DNA of 64,000 bases, taken from assembly GCA_044227005.1 (NCBI GenBank), contig JBGAFZ010000010.1, positions 3,285 to 67,284 on the forward strand, read 5' to 3'. Positions within the stretch are counted from its first letter, which is position 1. Each line of letters begins with the position of its first letter. The DNA comes from Aggregatilineales bacterium (GTDB taxonomy: Bacteria > Chloroflexota > Anaerolineae > Aggregatilineales > Phototrophicaceae). A program made the translations under genes and the position numbers. A model generated the notes under the pieces. The model was not told the DNA's origin. It saw only the letters and a list, made by a program, of their open reading frames with translations, and searched no databases. Shown here piece by piece: positions 25,071 through 35,136 of this stretch.

Positions 25071-26111
25071 TTAGTACTTGTAGCGCTTGACGGGCAGCGG
25101 GTTACGGCTCTCGAAGCCGCGTTGATGCCAGTAGGGATAAATGGTTTCGCGTTCGCTGGCGGTGTCGAGGCGAGCGACTTGTTCGGCGGTGAGATTCCAG
25201 CCTGCCGCGCCGAGATTGGCCTTGAGTTGGGCTTCGTTGCGTGCGCCGATGATGACGGTGGAGATGGTCGGGCGCTGTAAGAGCCAGTTGAGGGCGACCT
25301 GTGCGACGGTCTTTTCGGTTTCGGCGGCGATGGCATCCAAGACATCAATCAGACTGTAGAACCATTCTTCAGGGATCGACGGCCCTTCCCCACCACCTTG
25401 CTGAATGCGCGTGCCTTCGGGCATAGGTTGGCTGCGGCGGAACTTGCCACTCAAACGACCACCCGCCAAAGGACTCCATACGAGTGTGCCGACTTTTTGA
25501 TCGAGCGCCAAGGGCATGAGTTCCCATTCGTATTCACGCCCGATGAGCGAGTAATAGGCCTGATGCCCAACGTAGCGCGTCCAACCGTAGCGATCCGCCA
25601 CTGCCAGCGACTTCATGAGATGCCAACCGGAATAATTTGAACAGGTGATGTAGCGGACTTTGCCACTCTGCACCAAGTTATCCAAAGCGCGCAGGGTTTC
25701 TTCGACGGGGGTTTTGGCATCAAAGCCGTGCATGGTGTAGATGTCAACGTAATCGGTGTTGAGGCGTTTGAGGCTGTCCTCACAGGACTTGACGATGTGA
25801 AAGCGCGAGGAACCGACGTCGTTGGGATCGTCGCTCATGCCAAAGGTGCATTTGGTCGAGAGCAGTAGTTTATCGCGGCGTCCGGCAATGGCTTTGCCTA
25901 AAATTTCTTCAGACTGCCCGTGCGAATAAACATCAGCCGTATCAAAGAGATTGACACCGGCTTCCAAGCACAGATCGACGAGGCGGGTGGCTTCTTGAAC
26001 ATCACTCTTGCCCCATGTGCCGAAAAACGGATGGTTGCCGCCAAAGGTACCTGTGCCTAAGCTCAGGACAGGTACACTAAAACCTGATCCGCCGAGTAAT
26101 CGATTTTCCAT
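25071..26111 (-). CDS. Aldo/keto reductase
   Basis: Start ATG 26111 (MENRLLGGSGFSVPVLSLGTGTFGG; the track ORF extends to 26129). DTADVYS and the typical AKR length. Confidence 0.85.
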   Translation of the reverse strand: MENRLLGGSGFSVPVLSLGTGTFGGNHPFFGTWGKSDVQEATRLVDLCLEAGVNLFDTADVYSHGQSEEILGKAIAGRRDKLLLSTKCTFGMSDDPNDVGSSRFHIVKSCEDSLKRLNTDYVDIYTMHGFDAKTPVEETLRALDNLVQSGKVRYITCSNYSGWHLMKSLAVADRYGWTRYVGHQAYYSLIGREYEWELMPLALDQKVGTLVWSPLAGGRLSGKFRRSQPMPEGTRIQQGGGEGPSIPEEWFYSLIDVLDAIAAETEKTVAQVALNWLLQRPTISTVIIGARNEAQLKANLGAAGWNLTAEQVARLDTASERETIYPYWHQRGFESRNPLPVKRYKY

Positions 26112-26293
26112 TATGTTGCTCCATCGCAATAATAAACATGTTGCAAGAATTATAACGGTAGGCGAGAATTGTGCCTAAGGCCACGCTATGATGATTGTTT
26201 CGGAAATAAATTACGTTCTTCACGCAATTCATTACGTTAACTATCTTCATTGAGGAAGGTTTTTGTAGTACGATTACAGAATATTAATTATCT

Positions 26294-29200
26294 GTGCTTC
26301 AAGTCAGTGCACTTGATCACACAAAACACTGCAAGCGGATAAATCCCGTGATCGCGCAACTGAGTCGCTATTTGAAGCGTTTCGATATCCGTATCAGCCT
26401 GATTTATGGGATCATCGCGATCTTATGGATTAGCTTCTCTGATTTCTTTCCCCTGTTCTTTTTCAGCGACAACCATGCTATTCAAACAGCGGCTAATACC
26501 CTCATCGGGTGGGGTTTTGTGCTGGTCACAACGGGCGGCTTGTATTTGCTATTGTCGGCAGAATTGCGCAAACGAGCACGCGTCGAAAAAGAACTGCAAC
26601 TGGAACGCGACATCAGCCCGATTGCCATTGTGGTGTTCGGTACGGATGGGCGCATCAGTTACGCCAATTCACAAGCTGAAAAAACACTGGGGAAACCCCG
26701 CAGCGAAATTATCGGCAAGCTTTTTGACGATGCAAATTTTCATGTTACGGATTATGCCGGCAACCCCGTTGATGTGATGCCGATCATCATGCAACTGGCA
26801 GAGACTAAACAAACTGTTTATGGCATCCAACAAGCGATTTTGTCAGCGCATGGTGAGCGTATTTTGTTGGAGATTAACTTAGCCCCGCTCATCAATAACT
26901 CCAGTGAAATCACGGCTATCGTGGGGACATTTTCGGATGTGACCGCGGCCAAGACACACGAAAAACAATTGCGTGACAGTCAGGAACGCTTCCGGCTCCT
27001 GTTTAACAACAATCCCCTGCCAATCGCTGTATATGATCCCGATACGCTGGCGTTTATCGAAGTCAATGATGCCACGTTGGATCATTACGGGTATACACGG
27101 GATGAGTTCTTGCACATGGTGGTTTCTGATCTCCGTCTGCCAGACGATAAACCGGAACTGATCGAAGATACGCAACAAATGTTCCGGAACATGCTGCGTA
27201 CCGAACGTCAGCACCGCCTCAAGAATGGTCGCATCATTGAAGTCCAAGTCACATCACAGGGAATCGACTACAACGGGCGCAAAGCGATTATGGCGGTGGC
27301 CGATGACATCACTAAACGCAAACAGGCCGAGAAAGCTTTACGAGACAGCGAATATTCGCTGAAACAAGCGCAGGCCATTGCTCATGTGGGCGACTGGTCA
27401 TGGGATAAGCAAAACAATGTCCTACGCTGGTCAGATGAGATGTATAGCATTTTTGGTATCGACCAATCCACCTTCACTGGCAACCCGAATAACATTATTC
27501 CGATGGTTATTCATCCCGATGACTATGAAATAGGCATGAGAATCAATCAAGCCCTGCTCGAGGGGAAACAACGAGGCGCGTGGGAATATCGGATTATCTG
27601 GCCGGATGGGTCGATAAGGCATCTGCGAACAGAATCCGGCGAAACGCTGTTTGGTGCTGATGGCACAGTTTTGCGGTTATCGGGGATCGTGCAAGACATC
27701 ACCGAACGGAAACAAGTTGAACAGGCCATACGTGACAGCGAACGCTCCCTCAAACGTGCCCAGTCGGTAGCACGTGTCGGAGACTGGTCATGGAACATCA
27801 AGACGAATGAACTACATGCCTCGGATGAAATCTATACGATCCTCGGGCTGGATAAGGCGACCTTCACGGGCGATATAAGCTATCTTGTTGAACATGTCAT
27901 CCACCCGGACGATGAAATGCTCCTCATCAATACGATTGAAATGAGTATGCGAGGACAAAAGCCGGAGAACTTTGAGTGTCGGGTGATATGGCCTGACGGA
28001 TCAGTCCATGACATCTGGGCAGAGGTGGGCGAGGAAACCACCGATGATGAGGGTATCATCACCAACATGTCGGGGATCATTCAGGATATCACCGACCGTA
28101 AGCAAGCCGAACGTGCCTTACGCGAGAGTGAAGCCTCGCTGAAACTGGCTCAAGCGGTTGCCCATGTGGGCAGTTGGACGTTGAATGTTCAAAACAATAC
28201 AGCCCATGCGTCCGATGAAGCATATCGCATTTTTGGACTTACACCCGACACATCCAAGCAGAATTTCAGTGAAATTCTGGCAAGATCGATCCATCCGAGC
28301 GACCTAGCCATCATCATGCAAGGCATTGAGACTATTTTAAAGGGAGCCAATCCCGATACCTCTGAATGTCGTGTTTTGTGGCCGGATGGAACTGTGCGTC
28401 ATGTGTGGGTCGAATTGGGAGAAATTCAGCGAGATAGTCATGGCAATATCATCCAGTTAACAGGGATTGTGCAGGACATCACCGAGCGCAAACTAGCCGA
28501 ACAAGCGCTGCGTGAGAGTGAGGCATCGCTCAAACGTGCCCAAAATATTGCCAGTATAGGTGACTGGACATGGGATACACAGACCAATATTGTGCGCTGG
28601 TCTGATGAGATGTATCACATTTTCGGTCTTGATCGTGCAACATCCACAGGGGATTTGAACGAAATTATTGAAGCTGCCATTCATCCGGATGATAAAGCAA
28701 TAGTCAATCAAGCGAATGAAGCTGTACTTAATAAGCAAAGATCTGCTGCGTTGGAGTACAGAATCGTTTGGCCGGATAAATCAGTGCATATTGTATGGGC
28801 GGAACCCGGTGAAGCGGTTAAGGATGCACAGGGAAAAATTTTATTTCTATCAGGGATTGTGCAGGACATCACTGAACGCAAACTAGCGGAACAGGCGCTA
28901 CGTGAGAGTGAACTGCGTTACCGGACATTGATTGACCAAGCCTCGGATGGCATTTATCTGGCGACAAGCGACGGGCATTTCCTCGATGTCAACACCTCTG
29001 GTTGCCATATGATCGGCTACACGCGCGAAGAACTACTGCAAATGTCGATCCTGGATGTGGTCAAGTTTACGCCAGAGCGTCCACTGCGGTTTGACGAAGT
29101 TCGCAACGGTAAAACGGTCGTTAATGAGTTCCAACTCATTCGCAGCGATGGAACGTTCCTAGCAGTCGAAATCAGTACCAAGCAGTTGTCCGATGGCAAC

Positions 29201-31102
29201 CTGCAAGGTATCGTGCGCGACATCACCGAACGCAAAGCTGCCGAACAAGCCGTGCGTGACAGTGAAATCCGCTACCGGACATTGATCGAACAGGCCTCGG
29301 AAGCTATCTTTGTTGCTGAGGTCGGTGGCTATTATGTAGAAGCCAACAGCGCTGCGTGTGGGTTGTTAGGGTACACACGCGATGAAATCCTGCAAAAGCA
29401 AATGCTGGACTTATTCATCATTCCGCCAGATAAACCGCTGCGTGCAGCCGAATTGGCACAAGGAAAAACCCTACTCATCGAGCGGCAGATGATCCGTAAA
29501 GATGGGTCATTAGTATCGGTTGAAGTCAGTTCGAAACTGCTTACGGATGGGACGATACAGGCTATCGCCCGTGACATCACAGAGCGAAAACGTGCCGAAC
29601 AGGATTTGCGTTTGAAGTCCACCGCACTCGACTCGGCTGGAAATGGCATTGTGATTACCGATATACATGGCACGATAGAATGGATCAATCCAGCCTTCAC
29701 CTATTTGACAGGGTATCAACTCGATGAAGTGCTCGGTCATAACCCGCGTGAACTGGTACGCTCCGGTTTACACAATCATTTATTCTACGAAAACTTATGG
29801 TCAACGATCCTCGCGGGGAAGGTCTGGAAAGGCGAATTGGTTAATCGGCGTAAAGACGGCACGTTATACACCGAAGAACAAACCATCACCCCTGTCCGTG
29901 ATGACACGGGACAAATTAGCCATTTCGTAGCCATCCAGCAAGATGTGACGGCGCGTAAGTTGGCTGAGGCAGCGGTAAATCGACTCAACACTGAACTTGA
30001 AGAACGGGTGATTGAGCGCACCACGCAGCTTAACCACATCAAGAACCGCATTGAATCAATCTTGAACAGCAACGCCGATTCGATTGTGTATAGCAATATC
30101 AACGGCTTTATTGAGCAGATTAATCCAGCCTTTACGCAAACCTTCGGCTATGAACCCCATGAAATTGCACTTCAGCCGTTGAAGGCACTGGTCGCGGAGA
30201 AAGATATTGCGGAATTCGAAGCGGCGGTTGCCAACGTAAGAATTAACCGCCAAGTACAGCAGGTGGATGTCAGCAGCAGCCGTAAAGATGGAACCGTGTT
30301 CGATGCTGCCATGATGCTATCGCCCGTCATCGAAAGTAGCGAGCAGATGGTGGGTATCGTCGTGAGCATTCATGATGTCACCAGCCGGAATTTGATGCTG
30401 CACCACGCGATGGATTTGAACGAACTGAAGTCGCGCTATGTGGCGATGGCCGCGCATGACTTACGCAATCCAATGGCGGTAATCCTCAGTTCGACAAGCG
30501 GTTTGGAAGGTTATTACGACAAGCTGACGCCAGATCGTCGGCAAGCGAAATTTGACCAGATTAAGTCCAACATCAAGGTCATGACTGACATTTTGAACGA
30601 CATTCTGGTGATGGGACAAGTCGATTCGGGCAAAATGGAATTCCACCCTGCCCCGCTGGATCTGATCGCGCTGTGCCAAACGTTGGTTGCCGAGGCCATC
30701 GAAGGCAGTGGGACGACAACCAAAGTGGATTTCGTGACGCAGGAAATCAATAACTGGATGTTGATGGATGCCAAATTGCTGCGGCACATTTTGTCCAACC
30801 TGCTTTCAAACGCCATCAAATACTCGCCAGCAGGCAGCACCGTAACCTTCAAAGCACGGTGCATCGGTGAGCATATCGAATTCACGATTCGGGATGAGGG
30901 CATCGGTATTCCGAAGGACGATCAAGCGCGCCTGTTTGAAACCTTCCACCGCGCGAGCAATGCCAAGCATATTCGTGGGACAGGGTTGGGGTTAGCGATT
31001 GTGAAGCAGTCGGTTGAATTACACGGCGGCACGATCAGCTTTGAAAGCCAAGAGGGTCAAGGGACGACCTTTAATATCCTTCTACCCGCCTCAGAGTCAT
31101 AA
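26294..31102 (+). CDS. Giant multi-PAS sensor histidine kinase (about 1600 aa)
   Basis: GTG start (uncertain). Two N-terminal TM segments, about 10 PAS/PAC modules separated by ITERK(L/Q)AE(Q)ALRESE linkers, H-box AAHDLRNPM, N-box LLSNAIKYS, G1 DEGIGI, G2 GTGLGLAIV. Confidence 0.9.
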   Translation: MLQVSALDHTKHCKRINPVIAQLSRYLKRFDIRISLIYGIIAILWISFSDFFPLFFFSDNHAIQTAANTLIGWGFVLVTTGGLYLLLSAELRKRARVEKELQLERDISPIAIVVFGTDGRISYANSQAEKTLGKPRSEIIGKLFDDANFHVTDYAGNPVDVMPIIMQLAETKQTVYGIQQAILSAHGERILLEINLAPLINNSSEITAIVGTFSDVTAAKTHEKQLRDSQERFRLLFNNNPLPIAVYDPDTLAFIEVNDATLDHYGYTRDEFLHMVVSDLRLPDDKPELIEDTQQMFRNMLRTERQHRLKNGRIIEVQVTSQGIDYNGRKAIMAVADDITKRKQAEKALRDSEYSLKQAQAIAHVGDWSWDKQNNVLRWSDEMYSIFGIDQSTFTGNPNNIIPMVIHPDDYEIGMRINQALLEGKQRGAWEYRIIWPDGSIRHLRTESGETLFGADGTVLRLSGIVQDITERKQVEQAIRDSERSLKRAQSVARVGDWSWNIKTNELHASDEIYTILGLDKATFTGDISYLVEHVIHPDDEMLLINTIEMSMRGQKPENFECRVIWPDGSVHDIWAEVGEETTDDEGIITNMSGIIQDITDRKQAERALRESEASLKLAQAVAHVGSWTLNVQNNTAHASDEAYRIFGLTPDTSKQNFSEILARSIHPSDLAIIMQGIETILKGANPDTSECRVLWPDGTVRHVWVELGEIQRDSHGNIIQLTGIVQDITERKLAEQALRESEASLKRAQNIASIGDWTWDTQTNIVRWSDEMYHIFGLDRATSTGDLNEIIEAAIHPDDKAIVNQANEAVLNKQRSAALEYRIVWPDKSVHIVWAEPGEAVKDAQGKILFLSGIVQDITERKLAEQALRESELRYRTLIDQASDGIYLATSDGHFLDVNTSGCHMIGYTREELLQMSILDVVKFTPERPLRFDEVRNGKTVVNEFQLIRSDGTFLAVEISTKQLSDGNLQGIVRDITERKAAEQAVRDSEIRYRTLIEQASEAIFVAEVGGYYVEANSAACGLLGYTRDEILQKQMLDLFIIPPDKPLRAAELAQGKTLLIERQMIRKDGSLVSVEVSSKLLTDGTIQAIARDITERKRAEQDLRLKSTALDSAGNGIVITDIHGTIEWINPAFTYLTGYQLDEVLGHNPRELVRSGLHNHLFYENLWSTILAGKVWKGELVNRRKDGTLYTEEQTITPVRDDTGQISHFVAIQQDVTARKLAEAAVNRLNTELEERVIERTTQLNHIKNRIESILNSNADSIVYSNINGFIEQINPAFTQTFGYEPHEIALQPLKALVAEKDIAEFEAAVANVRINRQVQQVDVSSSRKDGTVFDAAMMLSPVIESSEQMVGIVVSIHDVTSRNLMLHHAMDLNELKSRYVAMAAHDLRNPMAVILSSTSGLEGYYDKLTPDRRQAKFDQIKSNIKVMTDILNDILVMGQVDSGKMEFHPAPLDLIALCQTLVAEAIEGSGTTTKVDFVTQEINNWMLMDAKLLRHILSNLLSNAIKYSPAGSTVTFKARCIGEHIEFTIRDEGIGIPKDDQARLFETFHRASNAKHIRGTGLGLAIVKQSVELHGGTISFESQEGQGTTFNILLPASES

Positions 31103-31107
31103 AAAAA

Positions 31108-31131
31108 GGGAGTGGATTTGCACCCACTCCC
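31108..31131 (-). terminator. Intrinsic terminator for 31154..32398 (shared by convergent genes)
   Basis: Minus-strand GGGAGTGGGTGCAAATCCACTCCC followed by TTTTTTT. Confidence 0.75.
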
Positions 31132-31153
31132 CTCCCCTTATACTCCCTAAAAA

Positions 31154-32398
31154 CTATTGCATCGTCGTCTGATAATCGATGCCGACAAACTTCACGGCAT
31201 CAGGCAACAATGCATTGTGTGCTTCGTTATCCCCTTTCAAGGTATCCAGTAAGAAAGCAGTGGTGAGGTGATTGATCAGATCATGAGCGCGGTTCATATC
31301 CCAGACTGCATCAGCACAGAAGAAATATGCACCCATATCAATCAGCCAGGGCATGGTTTCACAAGTATCAACAACCAGCATGTGATCGCCGTTCGTAAAT
31401 TGGACAAGCGATTTGGTAGGGCTACCAATAGCATCAAAAGCAAACGACTTGTAAAGCGGCCAATCAGCATGTACCCAATGATCGGTAGAACCAACCAGTA
31501 TGAGGGTTGGAATCTTGACAAGCGCGAGACTCTTGGCGCTGAAATCCATCATACCGGGGGCTATGGGCATAATCGCGTCCACACGAGAATCACCCCATGA
31601 AGGCCACAAGCCATCAGGCACACTATTCAAACCGGCCAGTTTCGCGAGTGCATCGGCTGCACCTGGATAACCAGTCATACACATATTGGCGCCACCGGAT
31701 TCGGGCGATGACGGTGTGGACGGATTAACACCACACCAAGATTTACTGCTCAAATCAATCGGCGCTCCAGCAGCCAATAAGGCTGTTTCTCCACCGAATG
31801 AGTGACCAGCGACAGCAATTCGATCTATATTGATGATGCCTGCCAGCTTTCCACCCGCAGCGGTTAACGTTCCGGCATAATCAATTTGCCACGAAATATC
31901 CTGTGGGCGGGTGAAGGTCGAGCTAAAATCTTCGGCAGGTAACGGGCTAACCCAATTGTCGACGTGGTCGGCTGACATAACCACAAAACCCTGCGAAGCC
32001 CAATGCTCCAACAGGTAAGGCGAAACAAGTGGTGAGCCGTTAGAGCCATGCGAAAATATCACCAGCGGATATGTCCCACCTTTTTTATCCGGCGCAGCAT
32101 CCTTAATGGCATGTCCCAACGTCGTGACACCCCGCCAATCATAGGTGAGGCTGTCTTTGTCCCCATTCGGATTCAAGGCCGGATACCATAGTGTAAGGAC
32201 GGTGGGATGCGAAGGCATTTTCGCCTCTAGCTGCATCGTCCCCACCCAATAAGGACCATGAACCGCATAAGTCGGGGCATCGGGACGAAGGCCGACGGGT
32301 TCGGGCTTGGCATCTTGTGCGAATACGACCGATGTAGTGAGAAGAACAACAATGAGAATGAGCGCGAGGTGCGCTCCTGTGTGAGCGCGGCGTAACAT
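31154..32398 (-). CDS. Secreted alpha/beta hydrolase, PAF-acetylhydrolase/COG4188-like (copy 1)
   Basis: Signal peptide MLRRAHTGAHLALILIVVLLTTSVVFAQDAKPEP. YPLVIFSHGSNGS...GFVVMSADH. Nucleophile elbow GHSFGG. Confidence 0.8.
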   Translation of the reverse strand: MLRRAHTGAHLALILIVVLLTTSVVFAQDAKPEPVGLRPDAPTYAVHGPYWVGTMQLEAKMPSHPTVLTLWYPALNPNGDKDSLTYDWRGVTTLGHAIKDAAPDKKGGTYPLVIFSHGSNGSPLVSPYLLEHWASQGFVVMSADHVDNWVSPLPAEDFSSTFTRPQDISWQIDYAGTLTAAGGKLAGIINIDRIAVAGHSFGGETALLAAGAPIDLSSKSWCGVNPSTPSSPESGGANMCMTGYPGAADALAKLAGLNSVPDGLWPSWGDSRVDAIMPIAPGMMDFSAKSLALVKIPTLILVGSTDHWVHADWPLYKSFAFDAIGSPTKSLVQFTNGDHMLVVDTCETMPWLIDMGAYFFCADAVWDMNRAHDLINHLTTAFLLDTLKGDNEAHNALLPDAVKFVGIDYQTTMQ

Positions 32399-32458
32399 AA
32401 TAGAGCCTCCTTGTTTATGGGGGAGGAGAAATCCCCCTCCCCTGTTCGTGCGAAATCA
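32399..32458 (-). promoter_or_regulatory. Conserved leader, copy 1: G/C hairpin plus SD (mRNA sense GGGGAGGGGGAUUUCUCCUCCCCCAUAAACAAGGAGGCUCUAUUAUG)
   Basis: Near-identical element also lies in front of the genes starting at 33757, 35078 and 36753. Confidence 0.7.
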
Positions 32459-33757
32459 TCAATACCCTTGTGCCTCATATTGGATACCGGGGAAACTAAC
32501 TGCATCCGGTGCAAGGGCTGCGTGAGCGTCTTTGTCGCCTTTCAAGACATCAAGCAGGAACGCCGTGGTGAAGTGGTTGGTTAAATCGTGGGCACGATCC
32601 ATATTCCAAACAGAGTCGGATGTAAATGGATACCAACCATGTTGAATCAAGTAATCATCGGCGGTATTGGCAAAGATACCATGATCGGCATTGTCGAACA
32701 CCACCAACGTTTTGTAGGCGCTTGATATATCTTTATAGACTGCGGCTGCATTGAAATCGATAGGAAGCACTGTATCTCCTGAACCAGCCATCAAAAGGGT
32801 TGGGATTGTAATTGGTTTTGCACCGCCCGAAGTAAAAAAGATTCCCCATGGCGCAAGCGGCACAATGGCATCCACGCTGTTGACATTAAAGGCAGGCCAT
32901 AGTTCCCCTACACCAGCATTGACACCGAGCGCGGACTTGATAGGTTCCTCGACGGGCAATACAAAAACACAATTTAAGACGTAGCCAATAGTCGAATTTA
33001 CCACTGGATTGTCAGCATTCTGCTTGCACCACGCGTTCAGCGGCGTGAAATCAATACGTGCACCCGCGGATGCCAGCGCTGTGTATCCGCCGTAGGAATA
33101 ACCAACAACCCCAATATGTTCCATGTCAATCAGTCCGGCGAGTGAACCCTCTTTTGCCGTCAAAGTTCCTGCATAATCAATCGCCCGTTGAACATCGCCG
33201 GGACGATAAGTCATAGCCATGGCCGTGCTCTCAGCAACACCTGAACCATCTGCACCTGCTAGTTCCGGATCGTCAGCATAACCAATCGTGTTGCCGACAT
33301 GGTCAACCGCCAGAACAATAAAACCATAGGAAGCAAGATGTTCCGTCAAATACTTCGAGAAGTAACGGAACCCGAGATTACCATGCGAAAAGATAACCAG
33401 TGGATAAGGGCCATTACCCATATCCATAACCGCACCGTCAATAGCCTGCCCCTGAAGCGTGAACGGGTCTAGGCTGGGGCCGGGATCATAAGTGTAGGTT
33501 ACTTCTTCGGCGACTCCTTTGGAATTTAGAGCCGGGTACCATATCGTCAGCGGCAACGGACGTTTTCCATCTTTATCTGGAATAGTAAACTCCCGCACCC
33601 CCACCCAATAGGGACCGTGAAGCGCATAAGTCGGGGCATCGGGACGCAGGCCGACGAGTTCGGGCTTGGCATCTTGTGCGAATACGAACGATGTAGTGAG
33701 CAGAACAACGATGAGGATGAGCGCGAGGTGCGCTCCTGTGTGAGCGCGGCGTAACAT
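32459..33757 (-). CDS. Secreted alpha/beta hydrolase, PAF-acetylhydrolase/COG4188-like (copy 2)
   Basis: Same signal peptide. YPLVIFSHGNLGF...GFIVLAVDH. GYSYGG. Confidence 0.8.
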   Translation of the reverse strand: MLRRAHTGAHLALILIVVLLTTSFVFAQDAKPELVGLRPDAPTYALHGPYWVGVREFTIPDKDGKRPLPLTIWYPALNSKGVAEEVTYTYDPGPSLDPFTLQGQAIDGAVMDMGNGPYPLVIFSHGNLGFRYFSKYLTEHLASYGFIVLAVDHVGNTIGYADDPELAGADGSGVAESTAMAMTYRPGDVQRAIDYAGTLTAKEGSLAGLIDMEHIGVVGYSYGGYTALASAGARIDFTPLNAWCKQNADNPVVNSTIGYVLNCVFVLPVEEPIKSALGVNAGVGELWPAFNVNSVDAIVPLAPWGIFFTSGGAKPITIPTLLMAGSGDTVLPIDFNAAAVYKDISSAYKTLVVFDNADHGIFANTADDYLIQHGWYPFTSDSVWNMDRAHDLTNHFTTAFLLDVLKGDKDAHAALAPDAVSFPGIQYEAQGY

Positions 33758-33818
33758 AATAGAGCCTCCTTGTTTTAAGGGGGAGGAGAAATCCCCCTCC
33801 CCTGTTCATGCGAAATCA
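33758..33818 (-). promoter_or_regulatory. Conserved leader, copy 2 (hairpin 33779-33802)
   Basis: GGGGGAGGAGAAATCCCCCTCCCC on the plus strand, then the reverse complement of AAGGAGG, then the start codon. Confidence 0.7.
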
Positions 33819-35078
33819 TCAATAGCCTTGTGCCTCATATTGAATACCGGGGAACTTCACCGCATCCGGCGCGAGGGCTGCATGAGCGTCTTTATCGCCC
33901 TTCAACACATCTAGCAGGAAGGCAGTTGTGAAGTGGTTAATCAGGTCAGATACCCGTTCTTTGTCCCACACCGGCTCAAAGCAAAGCCACTGATAAAACG
34001 GATTATCGGGGGTAAGCCACGCTATATTATTGCAAGTGGTTCCGAAGATTGGGTGCTCACCATCGATAACTGTCACCAATATCTTGGATGTACTGGAAGC
34101 ATAATCATAAGCGGGTTTAACACCCCACTCGTATGGTGTCCCAGTATCAATTGTTCCACCAATTGCCATCATTGGCACCGTGATCTTAGCCAGTCCAGCT
34201 TTATCAAACAGATAAGAATCACTCGCCATCGGAATAATCGCTGTCACACGTGGATCACCCATTGATGGCCATAATCCATCAGGCATTGGATTCAATCCTG
34301 CTCGCGCGGCCATATCGGCTTCACGATCAACCAGCGGTGCGCAAAGAAATGTAAGCGGATCATCTTTGGGAAGTGCTGCACAACGCGCATTGAAGGCTTT
34401 CAAATCGTACTGCGCCCCACCTGCCGCCAATGTTGTGTAGCCACCTGATGAGTGACCAGCAACCGCTACATGTTTCATATCAATCAGCCCGGCCATTCCA
34501 CCACCAGTGGCAGTCAATGTTTCGGCATAGTCAAGCAGTTGTTTGATATCACGCGGGCGGTCAATGGAGGCTGCCCATAGTTCAGAGTAAGCCGGATCGA
34601 ATTTTTCGATATGCTCAACTGCGAGAACCACAAAGCCATAGGAGGTGTAATGTTCAAGAATATGTCTATACAAGGCAGCGCTAACACCAAAACCATGCGA
34701 AAAAACAATTAGCGGGTAAGGAGCGCTCGCCATATCAGCCTCAGCATTCAACAAGGCATGACCCAAAATATCGCCCGAAATATCGGCTGGCAACGACGGA
34801 TCTTTAAATTTACCCTGATAGATTATTTCTTCTTTTTCGTTCTTAGGATTAAGGGCGGGATACCAGATGTGGGTCGTCAATTGACGCTCGGTGCCACTGC
34901 CAATCATAAAAGTCTTGTACCCCACCCAATAAGAGCCATGAACAGCATAGGTTGGCGCATCAGGACGCAAGCCAACCGGATCAGGCTTGGCATCTTGTGC
35001 AAATACGACCGATGTAGTGAGAAGAACAACGATGAGGATGAGCGCGAGGTGCGCTCCTGTGTGAGCGCGGCGTAACAT
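33819..35078 (-). CDS. Secreted alpha/beta hydrolase, PAF-acetylhydrolase/COG4188-like (copy 3)
   Basis: Start ATG 35078 (the track ORF to 35207 reads through the leader). Same signal peptide. YPLIVFSHGFGVS...GFVVLAVEH. GHSSGG. Confidence 0.8.
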   Translation of the reverse strand: MLRRAHTGAHLALILIVVLLTTSVVFAQDAKPDPVGLRPDAPTYAVHGSYWVGYKTFMIGSGTERQLTTHIWYPALNPKNEKEEIIYQGKFKDPSLPADISGDILGHALLNAEADMASAPYPLIVFSHGFGVSAALYRHILEHYTSYGFVVLAVEHIEKFDPAYSELWAASIDRPRDIKQLLDYAETLTATGGGMAGLIDMKHVAVAGHSSGGYTTLAAGGAQYDLKAFNARCAALPKDDPLTFLCAPLVDREADMAARAGLNPMPDGLWPSMGDPRVTAIIPMASDSYLFDKAGLAKITVPMMAIGGTIDTGTPYEWGVKPAYDYASSTSKILVTVIDGEHPIFGTTCNNIAWLTPDNPFYQWLCFEPVWDKERVSDLINHFTTAFLLDVLKGDKDAHAALAPDAVKFPGIQYEAQGY

Positions 35079-35136
35079 AATAGAGCCTCCTTGTTTAAGG
35101 GGGAGGAGACTTTCCCCTCCCCTATCAGAGCAATAA
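35079..35136 (-). promoter_or_regulatory. Conserved leader, copy 3
   Basis: GGGGGAGGAGACTTTCCCCTCCCC plus SD. Identical SD-to-ATG spacing. Confidence 0.7.
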
